NCBI GenBank assembly: GCA_013416795.1
Contig: RQSC01000523.1
Location: 9,494 to 73,493 of the forward strand
Direction of reading: 5' to 3'
From: Prasinococcaceae sp. CCMP 1430
Lineage: Eukaryota > Plantae > Prasinodermophyta
DNA length: 64,000 bases
Both the position numbers and the translations under genes were made by a program. The notes beneath the pieces were generated by a model. That model did no database searches, had not been told where the DNA came from, and saw only the letters and a program-made list of their open reading frames with translations. Each line of letters opens with the position of its first letter. The first letter of the stretch is position 1. Positions 43,663 to 55,895 of this stretch are shown here, in pieces.

Positions 43663-46600
43663 TTAGCGCGGCGCGGCGACGGTCCGCGCGAGCTTCGCCT
43701 TGGTGAGGATGCGCGTGCAATATTTGTGCACGGTGGCGTCTGCCGACGAAGACCTGAGCGCGTCGACAGCCTCCGCGAGGCCCATCTCGAGCAGAGCGCC
43801 GCGGCACGTCGGGTGCGAGCACATGTTGCCAAGGCTGAACAGCGAGATTTTGAGCGGGCTCTGCGAGTCCAAGCCGTCGGCGTCAGCCGTGTCGAGCTTG
43901 CCCGTCTCGCCACGCGCGGCGGCGGCCGCCGCGTCGGCTGCGGCGTCGGCGGCCTCAATGACGACGTTCACAAGCGCCTCTGCGGCGCCGCGATCGACAA
44001 TCTCGTCGGCGAGCGTTGACGCATTGCGCACGAGGTTGCCGAGCGCGCCAGCGGCGTTCGCCTTGGTCTTGTCGTCCGGGTCCTGAAGCAAGCCGGCGAG
44101 CAGCGGCACGGACAGCTCGAGGGAGCCATAGAGCGAGTCCGAGTGGAAGGCGGCATTGCCCAATGCGAAGCAGGCAAACTTGCGCGTGTTGGAGTCGTCA
44201 TCCACGCAGCAGCTCACGAGCGCCTCGATGGCCCCGCTGGCGTCCAGTGCCGCGTAGAACGCATCGGAGTGGCGACAGAGGTTGCCGACCAGGTTGCACG
44301 CGCGCGCGCGCACCCCCGGGTCGGCGTGGCGCAGCAGTCGCGGGAGCGCTTCCACGACACCCGAGCGCCGCAGCGGGGCGTAGTGCGATACCGACAGGCG
44401 GGCGAGCTGCGAGGCGAGCAAGAGCACGTCCACCACAGCGGAAGGCGGCGCCCCTTCGCGCAGCAGCGAAGACACGAGGTCGGGCTCGAGGGCGCCGGAC
44501 TGCAGCAGCGCCGATGCGAACTCAGCCGATCCCGTCGCGAGCAGAGATGCCAGGGCCACGGCGGAGCGCGCATCGCCGTGCGCGCGGCCACCTCTCGCAG
44601 GTAACGAGGACAGCCGCAGCGCAGTCACGATCCTCCCGGGAGCGCCATTGGCCATAAGCTCCGCCTGCGTGGCCTTGGCGGCCGCGGCGGCCATCCCCAC
44701 CTCACGCTGGAGTGACGTGGCAGCGACGGTGGGAGTGAGGGCAAGGCTGAGAAGCACGCCGCACGCGGCGGATACCGTCGACGCGCTCACTGCGCGCGAG
44801 CCCCCGGCAGAGGCTGGGATCATCGCATCCCAGGCGGCGATGGCATCCGCGTGGACCTCGCTCGCGCAGCTGAGCAGGCGAGGTACGAGGCCCGGCGGTG
44901 GCGGGCCCGTGTTGAGCCTACCGGCCCGTACGAGCCCGCGCAGGGCCGCGAGCACACCCCTCGGTGACAGCGCTGCGACCACCGACGAGGAGCCGCCCCT
45001 AGCCCCAGCGCCCCCTGCTGCGACGCACGCAGCCAGCGCAGCGGAGGCGCCCGAATCGTGCATGGCCAAGAGCTCCGAGCCGCCACCGCGCGCGCTCGCA
45101 CCCGCCGCCAGAGCGTGTGCCAGCATGGCCGGTCCATCCGCCGCGCCGAAGCAGCAGCTCCCGCCCTCCGCGTCCGCAACCGGGGCGTACCACACGGGGC
45201 TTGCGCTGGGCTCAGGCGCGCTCGCGCGTACCTCCGCCAGCTCGGCCTCCTCTGTGAGCAGCACCGTCAACGCCGACAGTCCCGCGTGCGCTCGAAGCTC
45301 CGAGGCGAGTGCCGAAAGTTTGCCCGGATGGGCAGAGCGCCCACGGGACGCAACGGCGCCATCCAGCTCGAGCAGCGCTGCAGCTGCAGCGCACGCCGCC
45401 CGCTGGAGGGCACCGCGACCGGCGCTGCCGCTGCCAGCTTTGTCCACGATACAGCGGGCCACGGCGTCAGCCATCTGCGCGGCGCGGCCCTCGCTCGACG
45501 GCAGAAGCTTGCTCGCCGCAAGCGAACCTGAAGTTGAGCCGTGGCCAGCAGCGAAAGCAACCTCGGCGAGCGCGAGCGCGGCGCACGCGCGCACGCCTGG
45601 CGATAGCATCCCCTCTGCGCCACCGTGGTCGGCGTCGGCGCAGTCCATCACGCTCGCCAAGCACGCGCCGAAGTCCGTCGTTGCAGATGCGATCGCGTGC
45701 GCTGCCGCCACAGAGCCGCGCGCGGCGACCAGGACGAAGCGCAAAGCTGCACATGCCGCCTCGGCCGCCTCCACCGCCACGTTTGCGGCCGCACGACCGC
45801 CGCCCTGTGCGCTCGCCAGCGCAGGGTTGGTCTTGCTCTTCACCGCCTCCACCAGCTCAAGTATGCGCGAAAGCACGTCGGGCGACGCTCGCTCGGCCGC
45901 GCTGGCTATGCACTGCGCCATATCCCCCCACTCGGGCGGCGCGCCGCGCGCGGGTCGCCCCCGGCGGTCAGGATCCTTGTCGCATGGCTCAGCTGAGACG
46001 GACGCGCCGAGCGGGTATCGCACGCTCAGACCGAACGATGGCAGGGGGCGGCCCATCGCCGCGAGCGCCTTGGCGGCGGCCGCCCCCACCGCTGCCCTGT
46101 CCTTTGGCGCCATGTCACTGTCATCCTCCGCGCCAACACAGGCTGCGAGCGCGGTGAGCACGGTGGACGGCGCATTGCATCCCACCGCCGCACTGCACAG
46201 GGAAGTGGCCGCTTCTACTGCAAGCGCGACAGCGTCCGTGGCGCCGGCGGAGCGTGCCGCGCTGTCGAGCGATTCCATGGCGGTGTGGAAGCACGCCGCG
46301 GCCTCCAGTGCAGCGTACGGGTCACCGCGGGCGGCAAGTGCCGAGCTGATTTCGAGAGCAGCCTTGCCGTACGCCCCAGGGAACGCCGCGGCGCCCGCTC
46401 GTAGGGCGTTCAGGACGTCGACGAGCAGTGAGGAGCTCACGGTGGCGCGAGCCGCATCGACCAACATGCGCGCGGCGTCCGTCTTGAGCGCGCGGCTAGC
46501 GCCGCGGGTTGAGGCCGCTGCGACGGTGCGATTGAGCAAGGCCCGCAGCGTGCGCAAGGCGGCGCGCGCGCTGGCGTCCGCAGGCGCCCTCGAGTTTCGT

Positions 46601-48352
46601 GAGCCTCGCCGCCCGGCCCCTCCGCGGGTCCCCAGAACACTCCCGGGGCCACCAAGCCCGCCTGTCGAAGGAGCCGACATGGCCGCAGCGACGGCGCTCA
46701 GCAGCTTCACGCCGGCCTCCACGTCGCCGACCAGCGCGTCGGCGCCATCCACGGTCGCAGCCTTCGCTTCAAGCGCCACCAAGGCAGCGTCGGCAACCGC
46801 GTTGGCGCCTGTGGCGTCCGGTGTACGCGTGGGCCGGAGCATGATGTCTTCCGTGGCGCCGTTGCTTAGTCGGTCAACCCCCACGGGCGCCGTCACGGGG
46901 GGCGCCCCGGGGGCGGGTGTCGACGGCACGCCCGGACCGATGCGCGGCGTCGCATGTGTGTCGTGCCCCCTCGCAGTGCGGGCGCGAGCGGAGGCAGCGC
47001 CTCCCGACGCTTCGGTATCGAGCGGCGCTGCAGTCGCGGCGGGTGCCAGATGTGCCTGCGCGTCGGCCGAGCTGGCGGCGATCGCCACGCGTTTCTTGGC
47101 CGTTCCCGCTGCCGGCTGTTTCGGTTGCTGCGCACTTTCGTGCAGCGAGGTCTGCTCCTGCGGTGGCTCGAACCGCGCGGCGGCGGCGGTTCCATCAAAG
47201 CCCACGCCGTCGGATCGCCCGGGCGTGCCCGTGCGCGGCTGCATCCGCCACCCAGAGCTGAGTTGGCCCACCCCCGCGCTGTGCGCACTCTCCTCGCGAG
47301 TCTGGCGCTTCGCCTGGTCCTCGGGGGTCTCCGCGACGAACGGGTGCTCCAGGAGGTCGGGCCACCCAAGCCTGCGCTTGGGATCCTTGCTGAGCAGCCC
47401 CGACAGGAAGGCGCGGAAGGAGTCGCTCATGGTGTCCGGGTACTGCACGCTGTCGTTGACGATCCTCTGCACGAGCTTGAGGATCGAGTTGGTGTAGAAC
47501 GGCGGCTGCCCGACATAGAGCTCGTACAAGATGACCCCCAGGCTCCACAGATCCACCGTGTGGTTGTACGGCTGCTCCTTGACGAGCTCGGGTGCCATGT
47601 ACAGCGGCGTGCCTTTGATGGAGGTGAGCATCATCGTGTTCGAGCTCATCGCGCGCGCGAAGCCAAAGTCGCAGAGCTGCACCCGTCCGTTGGCGCCGAT
47701 GAGCACGTTTTGCGGTTTGAGATCCCTGTGGATGATCCTGTGCGCGTGCAGGTAGTGCAGCGCCCTCACGAGCTGCTTGGCTATGGAGCGAACCTCCTCC
47801 TCGGGCAGGCACTGGTCGTCCTCGAGGATCTCGAAGAGCTCGCCCTGCGCGAACTCGGTGACGACGCAGAACTCGGACTTGGTTTCGAAGGCGTCGAGCA
47901 TCTGCACCACGCCCTCGTGCCGCAGGTCGCGCAGGATGTCGATCTCCTGGCGCAGGCTGTTCAGGTCCTTCTCCGTCTTTCCATGCTTGAGGATGAACTT
48001 GAGCGCGACGATCTGCCCTGTGAAGCGCCTGCGGCCCTTGTAGACCTGGTCGAGCGCCAGCGGGTGGCGGGTGAGCGCGCGACCAATGAGACCGGCGCGG
48101 CGCGCAGAGGGCGCGCGCGCCGTCGCAACTGGTGCAGCGCACGCGAGCGCGCGGCGACACAGCTCGGTGCGAGCAAGGTGCTGGCGCTGCCAGCGCAGGT
48201 GGCGTGCGCGGGCTGTCGCAGCGCGAGCGTCGGACGCGCGGCTGGGGGGCGGCGCACCGCGCCGCGGCGCGCGATGGCCAGCGCGACAGCTTTCCCCGCA
48301 CCTTGCCGAACGACCCCTCGCCAATGAGCTCGAGGACGTGGTAGTTGTCCAT
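43663..48352 (-). CDS. TIO: FUSED/STK36 (TIO) Ser/Thr kinase with C-terminal ARM/HEAT repeats
   Basis: Exons 48352-48302 and 48045-43663; [58 protein letters not shown]; C-terminal [42 protein letters not shown]. Confidence 0.93.
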
Positions 48353-49185
48353 GCCGGCGGGCCGTGGCTGTCGCCGGCCCCCCCGTTCCCCCCCAAACCG
48401 GGCGGCGGCGAGATCCCGCGCGTGTTGCGCGGCGCCCGCCCGTCCCGCCCCCCGCCGAGGCGGGTGCGCGATCCCTCCCTCCCCCGCGCGGCGCCGGCCG
48501 CGTCGCTGCAGCGGTCGCGGCGCCAAGTACCCGCGATCGCGGTCGCGATACCACGCGCTCGCGCCACCCAATCCACGTTGGGCCAATTGTTGTTGGGCCC
48601 CATCGCCGCAGGGAGAAAGAGAAAACCGTCAAAGCAAAGGTGCGCACGCGCGTGCAAAAAAAAAAACGGATGCAATGTGACGTGCGTTCTTTACATGGGA
48701 AAACACCATCTGCCGGACGCGGCCTCGCGACGCGGCGCGACGAGCGCGCGGCGCCATCAGTCGGTCGGTCGCGGCGCCGACCAACGCATTTGATGGGCGC
48801 GGCCCTCGCGCGCTGCGCGCGGCCGCCTCCGACGAATTCAAAATTTCGCCCCGGCGGCGACCCGGAAAGCGGCGCGGGCGCGCGCGCTCCCTCCCCCCCC
48901 CCCCGCTCCCCCAGCCTGCCAGTCCGTCGGCTCGATTCGATTCGGATGAGAAAATACGACCGACGGCTCTGGCCGGCCCATTCGATTTGACGGCCGACCG
49001 ACCGCCAACACGAAACGCCTCTGCCTGTGCGCCGGTCCGTGCGTCCTGCCTGATTGTCCGCCCGTTGGTTCTGGTTGTGTCGTCTGCATCGCCATGACGT
49101 GATGAGGAGGTTCCGCGCGCGGGCGCGTTGCGCAGAGGGGAATTCGAATGCGGACGCGGCGGCGCGCGTCGGGTCCGCGTCCGCA

Positions 49186-49480
49186 TCAGAAGGGGTGGAC
49201 GTGCAGGCAGACCGACTCGAAGGGCCGCGAGTGGATGTCGTGGGCGGCGGCGGCGGCGGCGGCGCGCTGCCGGCGGCGCTCGGGGTCGGGCGACTCGGCG
49301 ACGGCCTCGCGGAAGCGCGCGGCGTCGAACTCGGGGCGCGCGCGCTCGTCGGCGAGGCGCGCGCGGATGTCGTCGCTGTCCTCGCGGAAGTGCTGCAGGC
49401 GGTCCTTGGCCGCCGCCGAGATGAGCGCCGCGGACAGCGGCGCCGCCGCCGACGGCGGCATGTGCAGCCCGGACATGCGA
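49186..49480 (-). CDS. C-terminal fragment of an unidentified protein; rest in gap
   Basis: GC3-rich open frame running out of the gap (AALISAAAKDRLQHFREDSDDIRARLADERARPEFDAARFREAV) to a stop at 49186. Confidence 0.45.
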
Positions 49481-50196
49481 NNNNNNNNNNNNNNNNNNNN
49501 NNNNNNNNNNNNNNNNNNNNNNNNNNNNNNNNNNNNNNNNNNNNNNNNNNNNNNNNNNNNNNNNNNNNNNNNNNNNNNNNNNNNNNNNNNNNNNNNNNNN
49601 NNNNNNNNNNNNNNNNNNNNNNNNNNNNNNNNNNNNNNNNNNNNNNNNNNNNNNNNNNNNNNNNNNNNNNNNNNNNNNNNNNNNNNNNNNNNNNNNNNNN
49701 NNNNNNNNNNNNNNNNNNNNNNNNNNNNNNNNNNNNNNNNNNNNNNNNNNNNNNNNNNNNNNNNNNNNNNNNNNNNNNNNNNNNNNNNNNNNNNNNNNNN
49801 NNNNNNNNNNNNNNNNNNNNNNNNNNNNNNNNNNNNNNNNNNNNNNNNNNNNNNNNNNNNNNNNNNNNNNNNNNNNNNNNNNNNNNNNNNNNNNNNNNNN
49901 NNNNNNNNNNNNNNNNNNNNNNNNNNNNNNNNNNNNNNNNNNNNNNNNNNNNNNNNNNNNNNNNNNNNNNNNNNNNNNNNNNNNNNNNNNNNNNNNNNNN
50001 NNNNNNNNNNNNNNNNNNNNNNNNNNNNNNNNNNNNNNNNNNNNNNNNNNNNNNNNNNNNNNNNNNNNNNNNNNNNNNNNNNNNNNNNNNNNNNNNNNNN
50101 NNNNNNNNNNNNNNNNNNNNNNNNNNNNNNNNNNNNNNNNNNNNNNNNNNNNNNNNNNNNNNNNNNNNNNNNNNNNNNNNNNNNNNNNNNNNNNNN
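49481..50196. other. Assembly gap (716 N)
   Basis: Run of N. Confidence 1.
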
Positions 50197-50430
50197 TGCG
50201 GAGCGCCGCGGCGCCGCGGCGCGCGCGCGCGCGATCCGCGCCGGGCCGCCGAATCTCCATCCGGACGACCCGCGCGTCGGATACGAATCGACGGAATGCC
50301 ACGAAGCGTCGTCGCGATGGTATCAGCGGTGTGGCGCAGGTGTTTCGGTATGAGCACAGTGGGATTGTGTGTTACATGTACAGTGGTCTCGGCGCAGGCA
50401 CCGTGGTGGTGGCGACGCGGCGGGGGGAAC

Positions 50431-52318
50431 TTACTGCCGGCGCCGCCCCGAGCCGCCGCCGCCGCCGCTCGCGGCGCCGTCGTCGTCGCCGGCCGCCCGT
50501 CGGTCCTCCGCGGGGAGTGCGAGCGGACCCTCCGCGCTCCCCCAGTAGCGGTAGCTCAGCGACACGGCGCGGCCGAGCTGCAGCACGCCGATGGCCTGCC
50601 ACACGCCGAGCAGCGAGTCGCCCAGCAGGCTCAGCGCCGCGCCGCCCGCCGCGGTGGCGCCGCCCATAGCCAGCGCGACGTATCCGAAATCCTTGGCGCC
50701 TTGGAGGATGCCGTCGCCCTGCGAGCGCGCGACGCGCGCGATGGAGAGGGAGAGAAGGGGGGGAGGGGGGGGGGAAGAGAGAGGGAGAGAGAGAGAGCAG
50801 GCCGCACGCACGCGCGCGCGCGTGGGTCAGAGATGCGCGCGGAGACACATCGGCGCGCGCACGCGCTCCTCAGGCGCGTCCTGAACTCACCACGAAGACC
50901 GCAGCGTTGAGCGGCTGCAGCGCAGCCACGAGCCTGAGCGGCTGCGCCACCGCGTCCGCCACGTCCGCGTCGTTGGTGAATATGCCCGGCAGCGCCGCTC
51001 CCCCAACGTACAGCAGCCCCCCGAGCCCCGCCCCGAATGTGAGGCTGTACCTGAGGATGAGGTCCGAGACGCGGCGAGCGCCTGCCACGTTGCCGCGGCC
51101 GAGCTCGTTGGCGACGAGTCCCTGCGCCGCCACTGCGAGCGCATCCAGACAGAACAGCGAAGTGTACCACACCTGGAGCACCACCTGGTGCGCGGCGGCG
51201 CTGCTCTCGGCGTCGAGCGACGCCGCAGAGGCGGTCGCCTCGAACAGCAGCGCCTGCAGCGACAGGGTGCGCAGCAGTTGGCCGCCACCGCCGGCCAGCA
51301 CCTCACTCAGCCCCGTGGCGGAGCCCTCGCCGCCGCCCCCGTCGCCTTCGGCGTTTCCTTCGCCGCCACCGCCGCGCGCGAACTCCAGCGCGCCGCCGAA
51401 GCGCAGCGTGCGCCCCACGTCGAGCAGCTCCCTCCGCGCGAGCAGCGTGATGAACCACCCCGCCGCGAGATACTCAGCCGCGGCGGTCGCCGCCCCGGCG
51501 CCAGCGAGGCCGAAGGGCTGCACGCCGAGCTGTGGCAGGCCGAAGATGAGGAGCGGGTCGAGCACGAAATTCAGCGCGTTGGCTGCGACCGCAACGCGCA
51601 GCGGCGTCTGCGTGTCGAGCGCGCCGCGGAAGGCGCCAACGCCGACCGCCCCAGTGAGCGCGGCGGGCAGCGCGAGCGCGCGCACTCGCAGGTACTCTGC
51701 GGCGCCCTCGGCGAGCTCGGATCCCTGCGTCGCACCCGCGAGCTGCAGCACGTCGTCAGTGAAGAGCTCGATGCCAACCGTGGCGAGCACGCCGACGCCG
51801 AGCGCGAGGGCCATCGCGTCCGAGACGGTGGCGCGCGCGCGCGCGACGTCCCCTGCGGCGATGTCCGTCGTGACGATGGGCGCCACCACCACGCTCAGCG
51901 TCACGTTGAATACCTTGAAGCACAGGGCGAACACCGCCGAAGCGACCGCCAGCGCGCCGAGCTCGTCCGTCCCCGCGCGGCCCACGTAAGCGCTGTCCGC
52001 GACGGTGAGCAACGGGTCGATCGCCAGCGCGAAGAGCGCGGGGAGCGCCAGTTCGAACACCTTGGACGCCAATACGCCGTCGTCTTCGGCGGCCAGCTCC
52101 TCGGCCGCGTACACTTCCTCGCTGCGCTGCCGCAGGCCGTCCGCGCCGGCGGCGCCGCCAGCGCCGCTAGCCTCGGCGTCAGCATCGCCAGCTCGCACGC
52201 TCTCCTTCCCCTCTGTGGCACCCACTACCACACCGCCGCGGGGAACGCTGCCAATGCCTTCCCGTCGCAACTGCCGCCTGCCGCCGCCGCTTCCGACGGC
52301 TCCCGCGCGCGCCCGCAT
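50431..52318 (-). CDS. MATE (DTX/FRD3-like) efflux transporter
   Basis: Exons 52318-50891 and 50718-50431; LALPALFALAIDPLLTVADSAYVGR, YLRVRALALPA, GAFRGALDTQTPL, LDPLLIF..GLAGAGAATAAAEY, QPLNAAVFV/GDGILQGAKDF; true start uncertain. Confidence 0.9.
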
Positions 52319-52454
52319 GGCGCCCGCCTGCGCGAGCTCTCTCTCTTTCCCCCCTATCCGCCTCTCCCGCCGCCGCGCCCGAGGCACCTTTCCACCCGCC
52401 GCGCGCGGCGGCGCGCGGCTGCGAGCAGGCACGCCGCCCGAGCGCGAGCCCGGG

Positions 52455-52457
<3 letters not shown>

Positions 52458-52490
<33 letters not shown>
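52458..52490. repeat. (CT)n microsatellite
   Basis: About 16 CT units; similar tracts at ~2505-2532 and ~11622-11639. Confidence 0.85.
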
Positions 52491-52493
<3 letters not shown>

Positions 52494-52880
52494 TCCCACC
52501 CCTCCCACCCACCCACGCCGTGCACCGCGTGCGCCGCTGTGGCACCAACACCCACGCAGCGCACTCGGGGAGTCGTCAGCCCGGCCAGCGGCGCGCCGGC
52601 GCACCGCGTGTGCCCCCGGGATCGCCAACGAGAGACAGGGATCAAGGCACACCACCGGCGACTTGGCAGGGAATGACCCCCATACACCCCGAGCAAATCC
52701 CGGTCTGCGTGAGCAGCTATTTGCGACGCAAACCCTCGCGGCTCTCCTCATCCTGCGCCTGTGCATTTTTTTTTTTTTTGCTCTCTGGGTTGGGCTGTGA
52801 CGAAGTTCGGCTGCGACTCCGAATGCACGCCTTTTTTTTTTTTTTTGCGCCGCGGGGTTTTGGGCGGCGGCCCTCCGCAG

Positions 52881-55235
52881 GTTGGCGGCAGCTGCGCGGC
52901 ACAGCGCGCGGCGGCGGCAGCCGCGGCTGCGCAGGAGGAGGGGAGGCTCGCCTCGTGGGTGGCGGGCGGGGGTTTCTCGGCGCCAGAGGCCGGATCGGAT
53001 CCCGAGAGAGCGCCGGCGGTCACACGCGCAAAAAGCTGCGAACGCGCGGCGAGGCCGCCGCACAGCCGCGCGACTGCGCGGCGCGCGGTGGCGCGCGCAG
53101 CCGCTGGTGCCGAGGGCAAGACAACCGTGACCGAGGAGGTGTCGTACACGGACATGATCAAGGCGCTCGACAAGGGGCAGGTCGCGCGCGCGCGCTTCGC
53201 CAACGACCTCTCCGGGCGGGTGCTGCTCATCTACAAGAGCGGCGTGTGCAAGGTCGCGCAGGTCCCGCTGGACCACACCAAAACCATTCAGCGCATGAGC
53301 CGCGGCGGGGCAGAGGTGTCCTACCTCGCGCCGCCGTCGGCCTCGGGGCTCAACCAGGCCGTGGTCAGCGCCATGTCAAACGTTGGCCCCGTCGTGCTCC
53401 TCTTCGGCGTGTGGTGGCTCGTCCACACCTACGTGCAGCAGAAGGGCGACGCGGAGGACAGGAAGAAGATCCGCGCCAAGGAGATCGAGGAGAAGAAGAA
53501 GCTGGTCGACGCGGCGCGCGAGGACGCGCTGCGCCGCACGAAGGAGGCCGCCAAGGCCGCCGCTGAGAAATCCGCCAAGGAGGAGGCCGAGAGCGCCGCC
53601 AAGCGCACGGGCGCGAAGACGACGGCGCCCGCGGCGGGCGGCCGCAAGAAGAAGGGCGAGGAGGACGACGAGCCTGAAGACGACCCCGAGCAGGCGGCCG
53701 CCAAGGAGTTCCTGTCGTCCTCGGCGCGCGTGGTGCAGGCCTCCAAGTACCAGCAGTACGGGAAAGCGACGACGTTCGACGACGTGGCTGGTATCGGTGA
53801 CGCCAAGGTGGAGCTCGAGGAGCTGGTGACGTTCTTCACCAACCCGGAGAGGTTCACTGACAGCGGGTGTGTGGTGCCGCGCGGCGTGCTGCTGTGCGGC
53901 CCGCCAGGCACGGGGAAGACCCTCGCGGCGAAGGCCGTCGCTGGCGAGGCGGGCGTGACGTTCTTCTACGCAAACGCCTCGGAGTTCGTGGAAATGTTCG
54001 TGGGAGTGGGCGCGGCGCGTGTGCGCGACCTCTTCGCGCAGGCGCGCGCGGCGGCGCCCTCAATAATCTTCATCGACGAGCTAGACGCCGTGGGCAAGCA
54101 GCGCGGCACAGGGGGTGGTTCGGGCAACGACGAGCGCGACGCGACCGTCAACCAGCTCCTCACAGAGCTGGACGGCTTCGAGGGGGCGATCACCGATGCC
54201 AACGCTGTCAAGAACCGCGTGGTAATCATGGCCGCCACCAACCGGCCCGACATCCTCGACAGCGCGCTCATGCGCGCGGGGCGATTCGACCGCAAGGTCT
54301 TCATGGGGCTGCCGAGCTTCGAGGGGCGCCGACAGATTCTCGGCGTGCACGCGGGGGGCAAGCCCCTCGGCAAGGACGTCCTCGACGACATCGCCAGCCC
54401 GAACTCAAGCCTCGCGGCCAAGACTCCGGGCTTCTCAGGCGCGGATATCGCCAACCTGCTCAACATGGCTGTGCTGAGCGCGACGCGAGAGGGCAAGGAG
54501 GCGGCCACCATGCGTGACTGCGGCGAGGCGATCGACTTGGTGCAGCTGGGCAAGCGCGTGAAGCGCGAACAGCCGCTCGAGGTGCGCCGGCGACTCGCAG
54601 CGGCGGAGGGCGCGCGCGCGGTGGTGGCGATGGCCTCGCCGCTCCTGGGGCGGGTCGAGCTGGTCTCGATCGTCCCGCGCGAGGGCAAGCGCCTGGGCAC
54701 CACGCGGCTCTTCGTCGACGAGGCCGTGGTCCGCACGGGTATGTGGACGCACGCCGCGCAGAAGCAGATGCTCAGCTACGAGCTCGCGGGCCGCGCGGGC
54801 GAAGAGGCCGTGTTCGGCGACGGGCAGGCTAGCTCGGCTACGCGCGAGGGCGTGGAGCGAGCGCGCGGCCTCTCGCAGCGCATGGTTCTCACCGGCATGC
54901 GCGCGGAGCCGCTCGCCGGCAGGCGCGGTGCGCTCGGCTGGACATTGGATGACAGCTACGGCGCGGGCGAGTCGGTGCAAATCGACTACCTGCCGGGCTC
55001 CAGCTCCAAGCGCGAGGCCGACATCGCCATGCACGAGCTGCTGTCGGACGCGTACGAGGAGAGCGCGCGGCTGCTGGAGGACAACAGGCCGTTGCTGGAT
55101 GCTGTGGTCGACGAGTTGGTCACTGACGGGCAGCTGTACGCAGACAGGCTCGAGGAGCTCGCCGCGCAGCATGGCCTGGACGTGGCCAAGCTCCCTGCCG
55201 CGAGCACCGGCCTGGCCGGCATCGGCCAGCAGTAA
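52881..55235 (+). CDS. FtsH-like AAA+ ATPase lacking the protease HExxH motif (FtsHi type), plastid-targeted; first exon uncertain
   Basis: TFDDVAGI, GVLLCGPPGTGKT, FVEMFVGVGAARVRDLF, IIFIDELDAVG, MAATNRPDILDSALMRAGRFDR; HExxH position reads AEGAR (54603-54617). A possible exon 1 at 52673-52708 would splice in frame to 52881. Confidence 0.88.
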   Translation, partial: VGGSCAAQRAAAAAAAAQEEGRLASWVAGGGFSAPEAGSDPERAPAVTRAKSCERAARPPHSRATARRAVARAAAGAEGKTTVTEEVSYTDMIKALDKGQVARARFANDLSGRVLLIYKSGVCKVAQVPLDHTKTIQRMSRGGAEVSYLAPPSASGLNQAVVSAMSNVGPVVLLFGVWWLVHTYVQQKGDAEDRKKIRAKEIEEKKKLVDAAREDALRRTKEAAKAAAEKSAKEEAESAAKRTGAKTTAPAAGGRKKKGEEDDEPEDDPEQAAAKEFLSSSARVVQASKYQQYGKATTFDDVAGIGDAKVELEELVTFFTNPERFTDSGCVVPRGVLLCGPPGTGKTLAAKAVAGEAGVTFFYANASEFVEMFVGVGAARVRDLFAQARAAAPSIIFIDELDAVGKQRGTGGGSGNDERDATVNQLLTELDGFEGAITDANAVKNRVVIMAATNRPDILDSALMRAGRFDRKVFMGLPSFEGRRQILGVHAGGKPLGKDVLDDIASPNSSLAAKTPGFSGADIANLLNMAVLSATREGKEAATMRDCGEAIDLVQLGKRVKREQPLEVRRRLAAAEGARAVVAMASPLLGRVELVSIVPREGKRLGTTRLFVDEAVVRTGMWTHAAQKQMLSYELAGRAGEEAVFGDGQASSATREGVERARGLSQRMVLTGMRAEPLAGRRGALGWTLDDSYGAGESVQIDYLPGSSSKREADIAMHELLSDAYEESARLLEDNRPLLDAVVDELVTDGQLYADRLEELAAQHGLDVAKLPAASTGLAGIGQQ

Positions 55236-55571
55236 AAGATCAGACGCATGTGAAAGACCTACTGTGGCTAGGCCAGTCCTGTCTGCGCTCACGCGCTGGA
55301 TGAGCGCGCGCGCGGGCACACACTTTCATGGGAAAATGGCATCACATTTCGCTCTGCAATCTGTTTGTTTTTCGAATGCTTTCCTGTTTCATTTTGTCGC
55401 TTCAGCTGTGATTCTGATCAAACCCCACTCGCTCGGCGCCGTTCCCCCACATGGCCCTTTTTGACTGACGGATGCCTCCGTTCCCCCGCGCGCGCCCCCC
55501 CCCCGCCAGCGCGCGCCGCGGCCCGCGCGACCGCCGCAACCAGCCTGGCGCGGCCCGCCCGCGGCCCAGGC

Positions 55572-55631
55572 GCCGGGCGCGCGGGGCCATGGCATGCATG
55601 CCGGGCGCGCGGGGCCATGGCATGCATGCCG
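55572..55631. repeat. Perfect 28-bp tandem duplication containing GGCATGCATGCC palindromes
   Basis: GCCGGGCGCGCGGGGCCATGGCATGCAT at 55572-55599 and 55600-55627, followed by GCCG. Confidence 0.9.
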
Positions 55632-55895
55632 CAGGGGACGGAGCGAGCGGATGCGCCTTCCGGTTGGAGATGGTTGCGCCGCCGTCATGGTCGTGACGAG
55701 GTTGTTATTGTTACCTCCCGCGGCCCAATAATCATCGGAGGTTCAAATCGCTGGGCCGTTCGGGGAACGGGGCGCGGGCGAGGATCGTCGGCAGGCGGCG
55801 CGGCGCGGTGCGCGCGCGCGCTTCGCGGAGGGCCGCGGCGAAATAGCAGCGCAGGCGGCGCGTGTCCAGCGCGTGCAGCGCCACCTCTACGCGCG

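Noticed and set aside
2063-50890. Possible introner-type repeated introns
   Set aside because: The introns share only donor/branch consensus and GC-repeat composition; no two that I compared were similar in sequence.
55736-55760. GGAGGTTCAAATCG resembling a tRNA T-loop or Pol III B box
   Set aside because: The T-stem does not pair beyond one base pair and no cloverleaf forms.
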